22,370 nucleotides of DNA from Gemmatimonadaceae bacterium (GTDB lineage: Bacteria > Gemmatimonadota > Gemmatimonadetes > Gemmatimonadales > Gemmatimonadaceae). The DNA is taken from the NCBI GenBank assembly GCA_044224875.1, contig JBGAJQ010000076.1:1-22370 (forward strand), given 5' to 3'. Below, in pieces: positions 8,065-17,333 of the stretch (position 1 is its first letter; each line of letters opens with the position of its first letter). A program made the translations under genes and the position numbers. The notes under the pieces were generated by a model. It had not been told where the DNA came from, did no database searches, and saw only the letters and a list, made by a program, of their open reading frames with translations.

Positions 8065-9813
8065 ATGCCGCACAACGTCACCCTCATCACCACCATCGCG
8101 GCAGCGCTCGGCGCGGCGTTGCTGTTCGGCTTCATCGCCGCAAGGCTGCGCATACCGGCGCTCGTCGGCTACCTAATCGCTGGCGTCGTCATTGGTCCGG
8201 CGACGCCAGGCTTCGTCGCGGACCTCGCCATCACCCAGCAACTGGCCGAACTCGGGGTCATGCTGCTGATGTTCGGCGTGGGGCTGCACTTTTCGTTCGA
8301 AGACCTCATGGCAGTGCGGCGCATTGCCGTACCAGGAGCGGTGGCACAAATGGCCATCGCCACGGCGCTCGGCGTCGCGCTCGGTGTGGCGTGGGGCTGG
8401 GGCACGGGGGCCGGGATTGTATTTGGGCTGGCGCTCTCGGTTGCCAGCACCGTGGTTCTGTTGCGCGCGCTGGAAGGACGTGGGTTACTCGCCTCCATCA
8501 ATGGCCATATCGCTACGGGGTGGTTGGTGGTGGAAGACCTGGCGATGGTGTTGGTCCTGGTCGTGCTCCCGCCATTGGCGTCCGCGCTCGGCGGACGTGG
8601 GTCCACCGGCGAGATGGGCATGTTGGTGCTGACGGTAATGCGTACGTTGGCGGCCGTCGGTATCTTCGTTGCCCTGATGTTGATCGGTGGCCGACGGCTC
8701 TTTCCGTGGCTGCTCTGGCAGGTGGCCCGCACCGGTTCTCGCGAACTGTTCACGCTGTGCGTCATCGCGGCCGCGGTCGGCATTGCCTACGCATCGTCCG
8801 TGCTATTCGGTGTCTCCTACGCCCTGGGGGCGTTCTTTGCGGGAACCGTCCTGCGCGAGTCAGACCTCAGTCATCGCGCCGCAGATGAATCGTTGCCATT
8901 CCGGGATGCGTTTGCGGTGCTGTTCTTCGTTTCTGTCGGCATGCTGTTTGAGCCGTCCATGCTCTGGCGAGAGCCACTCCGCGTGCTGACGGTGGTCGCC
9001 GTGATCGTCGTTGGAAAGTCCCTCGTGGCCATGGCGATTGTGGTGATCTTCCGATATCCGCTCAACACCGCCCTGACCGTGTCGGCCGGGCTCGCACAGA
9101 TCGGCGAATTCTCGTTCATCCTGGCGGCGTTAGGCGTGTCACTCGGCGTGCTGCCAGCGGAAGGCCAGAGCCTGCTGGTGGCGGGTGCGCTGCTGTCGAT
9201 CGCCATCAATCCGCTGGTGTTCAGTGCGATCGAGCCGATTCAGGCCTGGGTCCGGACCCGATCCGACGCGGCCCGCCTCCTGGAGCAGTCCGACGATCCC
9301 CTGGCACAGCTGCCGGCAACCTTTGACGCTCGTCAGCTCACGGGACACGTGGTGCTGGTTGGTTTCGGGCGGATCGGGCGTCGTATTGGCGAGGCGCTGA
9401 TGGCGCGGGGCATTCGGATCGTCGTCGCCGAGCAGAACCGAGACCTGGTGGAGGCGCTGCGGGCCCGCGGCATTGGCGCCGTCTGTGGGGACGCGTCGGT
9501 CCCCGCCGTACTCATTCAAGCGCATATCGTCCGCGCCCGGGCGTTGGTGCTGGCGGTTACCGATGTCGTGCACGCCCGTGAGATGCTGGTGGTCGCGCGA
9601 ACCCTGAATCCCGGCGTATACTGCGTCGTTCGTTCGCACGGCGACGATGAGTCGAACCTGTTGCGCCAGGAACGAGCCGACCGCGTCCTGAATGCCGATG
9701 AGGAACTGGCGGTCGCCATGACGCGCGACATCCTCGAGCGCATCCAGCCCGTGGCCGAAGCAGGGCGCACACCAAACGCACCGATCATGCCGCCGAATGT
9801 CGAGCACGCCTGA
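8065..9813 (+). CDS. ybaL: CPA2 cation:proton antiporter, YbaL/KefB-like, with C-terminal TrkA-N domain
   Basis: MPHNVTLITTI, LAELGVMLLMFGVGLHFS, LSVASTVVLLRAL, GWLVVEDL, PFRDAFAVLFFVSVGMLF, LAQIGEFSFI, and TrkA-N VGFGRIG...GDA. GGAGG precedes ATG 8065. Confidence 0.93.
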   Translation: MPHNVTLITTIAAALGAALLFGFIAARLRIPALVGYLIAGVVIGPATPGFVADLAITQQLAELGVMLLMFGVGLHFSFEDLMAVRRIAVPGAVAQMAIATALGVALGVAWGWGTGAGIVFGLALSVASTVVLLRALEGRGLLASINGHIATGWLVVEDLAMVLVLVVLPPLASALGGRGSTGEMGMLVLTVMRTLAAVGIFVALMLIGGRRLFPWLLWQVARTGSRELFTLCVIAAAVGIAYASSVLFGVSYALGAFFAGTVLRESDLSHRAADESLPFRDAFAVLFFVSVGMLFEPSMLWREPLRVLTVVAVIVVGKSLVAMAIVVIFRYPLNTALTVSAGLAQIGEFSFILAALGVSLGVLPAEGQSLLVAGALLSIAINPLVFSAIEPIQAWVRTRSDAARLLEQSDDPLAQLPATFDARQLTGHVVLVGFGRIGRRIGEALMARGIRIVVAEQNRDLVEALRARGIGAVCGDASVPAVLIQAHIVRARALVLAVTDVVHAREMLVVARTLNPGVYCVVRSHGDDESNLLRQERADRVLNADEELAVAMTRDILERIQPVAEAGRTPNAPIMPPNVEHA

Positions 9814-10357
9814 ACTGCCCACGCCACACCGTCCCGTCGCGGAAACGGAGCGCCTACGCCTGCGCTACCTCACCTTGGACGATGCGCCGTTTATCCTCGA
9901 GCTTCTGAACGAACCATCTTTTCTGGAGAACATCGGCGATCGCGGCGTGCGCTCACTGGAAGATGCTGAGCGATACATCCGCGACGGCCCGATGGCGTCC
10001 TATGCGCGTCACGGGTTTGGGCTCTTTCTGGTGGAGCTGAAGGCGACTGGTGAATCGGCGGGCATCTGCGGACTTCTGCGTCGCGAGGTCATGGAGGACG
10101 TGGACATCGGCTTTGCGTTCCTGCCACGCTTCTGGTCCAAGGGCTACGCCGTGGAAGCAGCCACCGAGACCATGCGGTTGAGCCGATGGGAGTTTGGCAT
10201 CCCGAGGGTGGTGGCCGTCACCGCGCCGCACAATGTGGCGTCGGCCCGCGTGCTGGAAAAAATCGGGCTGAGGTTCGAACGAACGTTGAACCTGCCGGAC
10301 TTCGGACCCGATCGGAAGCTGTTTACTCCTGAGGGCGCGGGCGAGGGCCCGGGCTAA
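9797..10357 (+). CDS. GNAT N-acetyltransferase (RimJ/RimL-like)
   Basis: ETERLRLR, DIGFAFLPRFWSKGYAVEAA (acetyl-CoA loop), NVASARVLEKIGL. Overlaps the ybaL 3' end by 17 nt. Confidence 0.9.
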   Translation: MSSTPELPTPHRPVAETERLRLRYLTLDDAPFILELLNEPSFLENIGDRGVRSLEDAERYIRDGPMASYARHGFGLFLVELKATGESAGICGLLRREVMEDVDIGFAFLPRFWSKGYAVEAATETMRLSRWEFGIPRVVAVTAPHNVASARVLEKIGLRFERTLNLPDFGPDRKLFTPEGAGEGPG

Positions 10358-10947
10358 TCGGTCGACTCGGCGATCACGCCCAACGGATCGCTCGCCATTT
10401 CCTTGCGGAGCCAAGCGCGCGCCAGCAGCCAGTCGCGTTGCACGGTCTTCTTCGACATCCCAAGGACGTCGGCGGTCTCATCCAGGCTCAAGCCGCCGAA
10501 GAAGCGGCATTGCACGACGTCGGACGCCCGCTTGTTTGCAACGGCCAGCCGTTCCAACGCCTCGTCCAGGGAAACCAGCTCGTCGGCGGCGCTCTCCGTG
10601 AGCCATTCGGCAGCTTCATCGAGCGAGACCGGTCGAGCCCCCGCGCCACGCTTGTCTCGTCGTCGGGCGCGCGCGTGTTCGATGAGCACCCGGCGCATGG
10701 CTTGTGCGGCGATCGACAGAAAGTGACGGCGATCCTCGGGAGCGAGCCGGTCGCGGTCCGCCAGACGGAAGTACGCCTCATGCACCAGCGCCGTCGGCGT
10801 CAGGGTGTGCCCTGTATCCTCGCGGCGCAGCTGGGCGCGTGCAACACGTTTGAGCTCGTCGTATACCAGCGGCAACAGGTGCTCCAACGCAGCGCCGTCC
10901 CCGGCGCGCAGTCGGGTGAGCCATGCCGTGACACTGCCGTCTTCCAT
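10354..10947 (-). CDS. ECF-type sigma-70 factor, TIGR02999 family
   Basis: VTAWL, LLPLVYDELKRVA, HTLTPTALVHEAY, AAQAMRRVLIEHAR, RFFGGLS..ETA..LG.S..TVQRDW..ARAWL. GAGAGG precedes ATG 10947. Confidence 0.92.
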   Translation of the reverse strand: MEDGSVTAWLTRLRAGDGAALEHLLPLVYDELKRVARAQLRREDTGHTLTPTALVHEAYFRLADRDRLAPEDRRHFLSIAAQAMRRVLIEHARARRRDKRGAGARPVSLDEAAEWLTESAADELVSLDEALERLAVANKRASDVVQCRFFGGLSLDETADVLGMSKKTVQRDWLLARAWLRKEMASDPLGVIAESTD

Positions 10948-11215
10948 CAACCTCTCACTTACCGCGTTCGCGTATCTCATACAGGAGTTTGGCGCGGGCG
11001 GCAAGGGTGTCTCGTGTCGCCCACGCTTCACCGAGGGAGAAAGAGGGAACAGTCATGTATCGCCTCGCCGGATTCCTCGCGCGAGATTACCCGGGTCATT
11101 TGGCGGGCGCCGGGAGTTAGCGCCCGCGCTACGATTTCGACCAGATCCAGTCGAGAAGAACCCTCCGATTGACCTGTACGAAATCGGTATCTCAAGCGAG
11201 AGTGTTCCAGGACCT

Positions 11216-11911
11216 ATGGACAACCGCCGTTCTGCCGTCCCGTTTGACCCGGATTTCTTTGCGCGACGCGAGGCGGCGGGAGAGTCGCTCTCTCCGCTCG
11301 AGCGATTCCGCTATGTCTATCGCGCCCACCATTGGCAAGGCTCGGCCTCCCCGTCCGGAGCTGGGGCCGCGGCTGACCAGACGCTCGCGGTGCGAACACT
11401 CCTTCCCGAACTCTGCCGCGCGTTAGGCGTGCGCACGCTGCTTGACCTGCCGTGCGGTGACTTCAACTGGATGTCCACGGTGCCGCTCGACGGAGTGCAG
11501 TACATCGGAGGCGACCTCGTTCCCGACGTCGTGGCCGCCAACCAGCAGCAATTCGGAGGGGAAGGACGCACCTTCCAGGTATTGGACCTCACGGCCTCGG
11601 TACTCCCTCCAGCGGACCTGGTGCTCTGCCGGGATTGCCTCGTGCACCTTTCGTTCGATGCGATCCGCGAGGCCCTTCGGAACCTGCGACGGAATGGAGT
11701 GCCGTTCCTGCTCACGACGACCTTTCCCGCGCAGTCCGTCAACATCGACATCACGACGGGTGACTGGCGCCCGCTGAACCTGGAGCAAGGGCCGTTCGGG
11801 TTCCCCCCGCCGCAGGCGCTGTTCAACGAAGGTTGTACGGAGGGGGAGGGCCACTTTGCCGACAAGAGTCTTGGCCTGTGGCGGGTGTCCGAGCTGCCGG
11901 TCAACGACTAA
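11216..11911 (+). CDS. Class I SAM-dependent methyltransferase
   Basis: SPSGAGA, motif I LLDLPCGDFNWM, YIGGDLV, DLVLCRDCLVHLS, WRPLNL...PF. ATG 11216 follows AGGA. The longer N-terminus in the ORF track overlaps the ECF gene. Confidence 0.85.
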   Translation: MDNRRSAVPFDPDFFARREAAGESLSPLERFRYVYRAHHWQGSASPSGAGAAADQTLAVRTLLPELCRALGVRTLLDLPCGDFNWMSTVPLDGVQYIGGDLVPDVVAANQQQFGGEGRTFQVLDLTASVLPPADLVLCRDCLVHLSFDAIREALRNLRRNGVPFLLTTTFPAQSVNIDITTGDWRPLNLEQGPFGFPPPQALFNEGCTEGEGHFADKSLGLWRVSELPVND

Positions 11912-11930
11912 CTTCGCCGCATTCTCATCC

Positions 11931-12578
11931 GTGAGTGCTGTGGTGGCCAAGCGTGAGCCGGTCATTCTCCTGGGACTCGCCCTCATCTTGCTGGCGCTGT
12001 CCCGCATTCACCCGCGCGATCCGTCCACGTGGGTGCTGGAAGTGTTTCCGATCTTCGTGGCCGTGCCATTGCTGCTGGCGACGGCAGCCCGGTTTCCACT
12101 GACCCCGCTTGTCTGCCGGCTCATCTTCATTCACGCCTGCATCCTGATGCTCGGCGGGCACTACACCTATGCGGAAGTGCCCCTGGGGTTCTGGGTGCGC
12201 GACTGGCTTGGCCTGGCGCGCAATCACTACGACCGGCTCGGTCACTTCGCGCAGGGCTTTGTGCCAGCGATCGTGGCCCGTGAGGTCCTACTCAGGCGAT
12301 CCCCACTGGTGCGGGGGAGGTGGCTGTTCTTTCTCGTGGTATGCGTGTGCCTGTCCGTGAGCGCCATGTACGAGTTTGTGGAATGGTGGGCGGCCGTGTG
12401 GGGTGGCAGCGCGGCCGATGCCTTCCTTGGCACGCAGGGCGACGTGTGGGACACGCAGTGGGACATGTTCCTCGCGTTCAGCGGGTCGATCGTGGCGCAG
12501 GTCACTCTCGCACGCAGGCACGACCGCGAGCTACAACGGCTGTCAGGCTCGCCGCCAGTTGACGCTAGGGATCGATGA
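11931..12578 (+). CDS. yjdF: DUF2238 / YjdF family inner membrane protein
   Basis: TWVLE, GGHYTYAEVP, RNHYDRLGHFAQGF, YEFVEWW, AFLGTQGDVWDTQWDM. Start is one of several GTGs at 11931-11943. Confidence 0.88.
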   Translation: MSAVVAKREPVILLGLALILLALSRIHPRDPSTWVLEVFPIFVAVPLLLATAARFPLTPLVCRLIFIHACILMLGGHYTYAEVPLGFWVRDWLGLARNHYDRLGHFAQGFVPAIVAREVLLRRSPLVRGRWLFFLVVCVCLSVSAMYEFVEWWAAVWGGSAADAFLGTQGDVWDTQWDMFLAFSGSIVAQVTLARRHDRELQRLSGSPPVDARDR

Positions 12579-13819
12579 GATCCCCCGCGGCGGCCTTGGT
12601 GGCGTTGGTGGTGGGCCTCGGGCTGGGCATCCTCACGGCGGCGACGAGTCATCCCCTGCTCACTGCCTTGGCATCCGCCGCGCAACCTGTTGGCGCGCTC
12701 TGGATCAATGGGATTCGCATGACGGTGGTGCCGCTGGTGATGTCGTTGGTGCTGACCGGAGTGGCGGCGGACAGCAATGTTCGTGGTCTGGGTCGGCTCG
12801 GTGCGCGGGTGCTCCCCGTATACCTGGTGTTGCTGCTCGCGGGAGGGGTGTTCGCCGCCTTGCTCGCGTACCCCTTGCTGGGTCGACTGGCGATCGATCC
12901 GGAGGTGGCCGCCCGCGTTCGCGAAGGACTGGCGACGGCGCCCGGGTCAGTGACCGCGATGCCCTCACTGACCCAACGGATCATCGAGATGGTACCGTAC
13001 AACCCCGTGCGCGCGGCGGCCGACGGGGCGATGCTGCCGCTGATCGTGTTCGCCATCGCGCTCGGCGCGGCGCTGGCTTCGCTCGATGCCGCTCGTCGCG
13101 AGCCCGTGGTACGCTTGTTTCGCGGGATTGCCGACGCGATGCTGGTGCTGGTCCAGTGGGTCCTGGCGCTGGCGCCCATCGGCATCCTGGCCCTGACCTT
13201 CTCGCTTGGCGCCAAGATGGGGGCGGAGTCCGTGGGGGCGCTGTTGTATTACGTCGTGGTGCTGTCGCTGGTGATGATTGCCTACATCGGCGTGCTGTAT
13301 CCCATCGCGGTGTGGTTTGGCGGTGTCGCGCTTCGTGACTTTGCGGCCGCGGTGGCGCCGGCGCAGGCCGTGGCGATCAGCTCGCGTTCCTCGCTGGCCG
13401 CACTCCCGTCGTTAATCACCGGGGCCAGGCAACGGTTGCAGCTGCCAGCGGCGGCCTGCGACTTCCTGCTACCCCTCTCCGTGGCCGTATTTCGGTGCAA
13501 CGTCTCCCTGGCATGGGTCGTCGGCGTCCTGTTCCTCGGTCAATTGTATGGTGTACCGATTGACCTGACGGCGCTGGTCACGGTCGTCCTGACGTCCAGT
13601 CTGATCAGTTTCAGCGTTCCGGGGCTCCCCAGCGCCAGTCTCTACCTGTTGGCTCCCTTTCTGGTGAGTATGGGAATTCCCGCCGAAGGGGCAGGGATCC
13701 TCATCGCGCTGGACCTCGTGCCGGACATGTTCAAGACGACCGTGAATGTGACGTCACAGCTGGCATCGACCGCTATCGCGGTTCGAAGGGGTGCTCGCGT
13801 CGCGCACCTAGTCAACTGA
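12575..13819 (+). CDS. Dicarboxylate/amino acid:cation symporter (DAACS/SLC1 family), divergent
   Basis: GIRMTVVPLV, VPYNPV, LAPIG, HP1 SSRSSLAALP, HP2 SVPGLP, TM8 DLVPDMFKTTVNVT. ATGA overlap with the upstream gene. Confidence 0.88.
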   Translation: MRSPAAALVALVVGLGLGILTAATSHPLLTALASAAQPVGALWINGIRMTVVPLVMSLVLTGVAADSNVRGLGRLGARVLPVYLVLLLAGGVFAALLAYPLLGRLAIDPEVAARVREGLATAPGSVTAMPSLTQRIIEMVPYNPVRAAADGAMLPLIVFAIALGAALASLDAARREPVVRLFRGIADAMLVLVQWVLALAPIGILALTFSLGAKMGAESVGALLYYVVVLSLVMIAYIGVLYPIAVWFGGVALRDFAAAVAPAQAVAISSRSSLAALPSLITGARQRLQLPAAACDFLLPLSVAVFRCNVSLAWVVGVLFLGQLYGVPIDLTALVTVVLTSSLISFSVPGLPSASLYLLAPFLVSMGIPAEGAGILIALDLVPDMFKTTVNVTSQLASTAIAVRRGARVAHLVN

Positions 13820-13845
13820 CGCCGGCGGTTCCCTAACGCCGAACG

Positions 13846-16800
13846 TCAGCGCCGGTCCAGCACATCGCGCACCCGCCGCCGCAACGTATCTAGGGAATAC
13901 GGCTTCTGCAGGAACGCGACCTCGGCACGCAAGATTCCGTGCCGCACGACCGCGTCGTCCGTGTATCCGCTGGTGAACAGGACGCGCAGGTTGGGGTGGC
14001 GAGCCTGGAGCGCTTCGGACAGCTGGCGCCCGTCCAACACCGGCATGACGACGTCCGTGAGCAGGAGGTGTACCTCGCCCTGGTGCTGCTCCATGATGTG
14101 GATGGCTTCCGCGCCATTGGCGGCGAGCAACACGCTGTACCCGACGGAACGCAGCGCGCGGGCCGCAAAGGTCCGAATGCTCAACTCGTCTTCGGCGATC
14201 AGGATGGTCTCCGTACCGACCGCGGGTGCGGTCGACGGGCCCACGCTCGAGACCGTGTCGTCCCGCACTTCGGTTGCAGGCAGGTACATGCGAAACGTGG
14301 TGCCCTTGCCCAATTCGCTATAGACGTCGATGTGTCCGGCGCTCTGCGTCACGATGCCATGCACGACGGAAAGCCCGAGCCCGGTGCCGCGTCCCAGTCC
14401 TTTGGTCGTGAAGAATGGCTCGAAGATGCGGGTGCGAACCTCAGGCGTCATGCCAACGCCGGTGTCCGTGATGGCCAGCATGACGTACGGGCCGCTCGTC
14501 AGTCCGGGGAGTGAATGACCGGATGGCGTAGACGTCACGTTGGCTGTCTCGATCGTAAGGTGGCCACCGCGTGGCATTGCATCGCGCGCATTCACCGCCA
14601 GCTTCATCAAGACCTGCGACCACTGGCCGGGGTCGATCCTTACCGAGGGGAGCCCCGGTGCCAACACGGTCGTGAATTCGACGTCCTCGCCCAGCAGGCG
14701 CCGAAGCATCTTGTCGGTGTCGATGACCACGGAGTTCAGGTCCACAACGCGTGGCTCCACGATCTCTTGACGGCTGAACGAGAGGAGCTGGCGGGTCAGC
14801 GATGCAGCGCGCTCGCTCGTGCGACGGATTTCGTCCAGGATTTCACGGGCGTCGGGCGCGTCGGCACCCGACATCAGCAGTAACTCCGCGCAGCCCGAGA
14901 TCACCGTCAGGAAGTTGTTGAAGTCGTGCGCCACACCGCCTGCCAACTGCCCCACCGACTCCATCTTCTGTGTCTGTCGGAGCTGCGCCTCGAGGTGCCG
15001 CCGTGCCGTGACGTCCTCGGCTACGCCGGCCAATCGAATCACCTCACCGGATGCGTTTCGCACCGGGAATGCCTGGTCGCGAATCCAACGCACCACGCCG
15101 TCGGGGCGGATGATCCGAAACTCCTCGTCGTACGTGCCCAGCACTTGCTTGCGCATGGCGTCGCGAATGCGGCTGCGATCCTCGGGGTGGATGGATGCCA
15201 CCCAGTCCTCGGTCGTTCTGAGCGACGCAGTCGCGCGCCCCCAGATCTCCTCGTACGCGGGACTCACATAGATCACGTGATGGTCGGCGGTGTCGAGGAG
15301 CCAGAAGACCTCGTGGATGTTCTCCGCGACCTGACGGAAGCGCTCCTCGCTCTCGCGGAGGGACTCCTCGGACTTGATGCGCTCCGTCACGTCCTGAAGC
15401 ACGGCCATCACGTACGCTTCACCATCGATATCGAGACGTTGCGCCGAAAGGGCGGCGTGACGCACGCTTCCGTCTCCCGCGGTGAGCTGACAATCGACGT
15501 TGAGTCGCGACGGCGTGGCAGACACAATGTCCCAGGCGTCGCGGTCGTTCGCCTGCGAGGGCGTGATGGGAAACTCGGTCGTCAGGCGCCCGATCACCTC
15601 ATCGCGCGAGCGGCCGATGAGATTGAGGAAGGCCTGGTTGACCTCCACGATGCGCCGGTCGCCGGCACGAATGAGCAGGTTGCCTGAGGGGTTCGCCTGG
15701 AAGGCGAGGGCAAAGCGCTCTTCCGACGCGCGGAGTGCACCACGGAGCGCGAGCTGTTCTGACAGGTCCATGTAGACCGCCACGGTCCCGATGGACTTTC
15801 CTTCGTGGTCGCGCAATGACGCGGTGGAAATCGTAACGTCGAGCAGGCGACCATCTCGCGTTAGGCGTTGCCCAAGGATGCCACTGACCCGTCCATCGGG
15901 GCGCGACACCGCCAGCTCCTCATACGTCGCATCGATGGGCGCCGGGAGAATCGGCAGCAGCGCACCGAGCACGTCGGCTTCCTTCCAGCCAAAGAGTCGC
16001 TCGGCGGCGTGGCTCCAGAGCCGCACCACCCCTTGCAGGTCCACCGCGACGATCGGTAACGGCGACGCGCTCACAATGGCCTGCAGTTCGTCCTTGGTCC
16101 GGCGCAGCAGCTCGTCGGCTCGCAGGCGCTCCGTCACGTCGCGCAGGATCAGGGTATACAGGGTCTGCCCAGACACGTCGGTCTTGGCGATCGTCGCCTC
16201 GATCGGAAAGTGCGTGCCATCCTTCCGGCGACCAATCGCACTGTTGACACCGCTGCCTCTCGCGGCGCCTCGTCCGCGAACCAGCTCGTGCCACGCGCCG
16301 TGCGGACTCGTTGGGGTCGTGAGGAAGCCGTCCATGCGCTGCCCGAGCATGCCTTCCGTGCTGTCTCCGAACATGCCCTCGGCGGCCGGATTCACTTGCA
16401 GAATCGCACCGTGCAGATCCACGACCACGATGCCGTCCATGGCCGACCCAATGATTCCGGCGAGTCGTGCCTCGCTGCGGCTCAACTGCGAAGCCGCGCG
16501 ATGTCGCTCGATGGCATACCGAATCGATCGGCCAAGAAGGGGTGCCTGCAGCTGATCCTTCAGCAGGTAGTCCTGTGCACCCTCCTGCATGGCCCGGAGC
16601 CCGACCTCTTCATCGCTCAAACCCGTCAGCACGAGCACGGGCACGCTGGGATTCGTACGTTGCAGCCGCGTGAACGTCTCGGGGCCGTTGGAGTCGGGAA
16701 GGCCCAGGTCAAGCAGCACGACGTCGTACGACTCCGATCGCAGTCGCGCCTGACCCTCCGACAGCCGCACGACCTGCGTGAGCGAGAAGTCGACGCCGGG

Positions 16801-16887
16801 AACGGTGGCCAAGGTCTCGCGAAGCAGCATCGCGTCGACCGGGTTGTCCTCTACCAGCAGCACACCAATCTGTTCAGTCGTCATCAT
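13846..16887 (-). CDS. Hybrid sensor histidine kinase: REC-PAS-PAS-PAS-PAS-HisKA-HATPase-REC
   Basis: N-terminal receiver (LLVEDN..LLDLGLPD..DYLLK), four PAS/PAC repeats, H-box LAGGVAHDFNN, DTGVGM, FEPFFTTK, GTGLGL, and a C-terminal receiver (AEDE..LTDVVMP..LQKP). ATGA overlap with the upstream regulator. Confidence 0.95.
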   Translation of the reverse strand: MMTTEQIGVLLVEDNPVDAMLLRETLATVPGVDFSLTQVVRLSEGQARLRSESYDVVLLDLGLPDSNGPETFTRLQRTNPSVPVLVLTGLSDEEVGLRAMQEGAQDYLLKDQLQAPLLGRSIRYAIERHRAASQLSRSEARLAGIIGSAMDGIVVVDLHGAILQVNPAAEGMFGDSTEGMLGQRMDGFLTTPTSPHGAWHELVRGRGAARGSGVNSAIGRRKDGTHFPIEATIAKTDVSGQTLYTLILRDVTERLRADELLRRTKDELQAIVSASPLPIVAVDLQGVVRLWSHAAERLFGWKEADVLGALLPILPAPIDATYEELAVSRPDGRVSGILGQRLTRDGRLLDVTISTASLRDHEGKSIGTVAVYMDLSEQLALRGALRASEERFALAFQANPSGNLLIRAGDRRIVEVNQAFLNLIGRSRDEVIGRLTTEFPITPSQANDRDAWDIVSATPSRLNVDCQLTAGDGSVRHAALSAQRLDIDGEAYVMAVLQDVTERIKSEESLRESEERFRQVAENIHEVFWLLDTADHHVIYVSPAYEEIWGRATASLRTTEDWVASIHPEDRSRIRDAMRKQVLGTYDEEFRIIRPDGVVRWIRDQAFPVRNASGEVIRLAGVAEDVTARRHLEAQLRQTQKMESVGQLAGGVAHDFNNFLTVISGCAELLLMSGADAPDAREILDEIRRTSERAASLTRQLLSFSRQEIVEPRVVDLNSVVIDTDKMLRRLLGEDVEFTTVLAPGLPSVRIDPGQWSQVLMKLAVNARDAMPRGGHLTIETANVTSTPSGHSLPGLTSGPYVMLAITDTGVGMTPEVRTRIFEPFFTTKGLGRGTGLGLSVVHGIVTQSAGHIDVYSELGKGTTFRMYLPATEVRDDTVSSVGPSTAPAVGTETILIAEDELSIRTFAARALRSVGYSVLLAANGAEAIHIMEQHQGEVHLLLTDVVMPVLDGRQLSEALQARHPNLRVLFTSGYTDDAVVRHGILRAEVAFLQKPYSLDTLRRRVRDVLDRR

Positions 16888-17333
16888 TCGCCCGCATCGG
16901 GAAGGCAAGCCGTCCGAAACCAGAAGTCACGGACGGATTGCACGACGTGATTGAACTCATCGAATCCAACCGGCTTGGTGATGTAGCAGTTGGCGTGCAG
17001 GTCGTAGGAGGCGCGGATGTCGGCATCGGCCTGCGACGTGCTCAATACGACCACCGGGATGCTTCGGAGTTCCGCGTCGAGCTTGGCTTCCTGCAACACT
17101 TCACGTCCGTGCTTGCGTGGGAGGTTCCAGTCCAACAACACGAGGTCCGGGCGAGGGACGCTGGCGTACCGTCCCTCGCGACGGAGAAACGCCAAGGCCT
17201 CGACGCCGTTCTCCACACGATAGATGACACTCTCGAACGGTGAGTCGGCAAACGCCTCCTGGGTAAGTAGCGCGTCGGTGGGACTGTCCTCCACCAGGAG
17301 GATGTGGAGGGTACGGGGCTCTGATTCTGTCAT
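16884..17333 (-). CDS. Single-domain response regulator, Rcp1-like
   Basis: ILLVEDSPTD, NGVEALAFLRREG, PDLVLLDWNLP, IPVVVLSTS, SYDLHANCYITKP, FWF. ATGA overlap with the kinase stop. Confidence 0.93.
   Translation of the reverse strand: MTESEPRTLHILLVEDSPTDALLTQEAFADSPFESVIYRVENGVEALAFLRREGRYASVPRPDLVLLDWNLPRKHGREVLQEAKLDAELRSIPVVVLSTSQADADIRASYDLHANCYITKPVGFDEFNHVVQSVRDFWFRTACLPDAGE

Noticed and set aside
10805..11215. Long N-terminal extension of the methyltransferase in the ORF track
   Set aside because: It overlaps the ECF gene on the opposite strand and has no family-like sequence. ATG 11216 fits better.
12376..13338. 320-aa alternative-frame ORF, and other long shadow ORFs such as 7205-8038, 14926-15687, 15791-16555 and 21243-22085
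   Set aside because: These overlap well-supported genes and have Arg/Gly/Ala-rich composition typical of high-GC off-frame ORFs.
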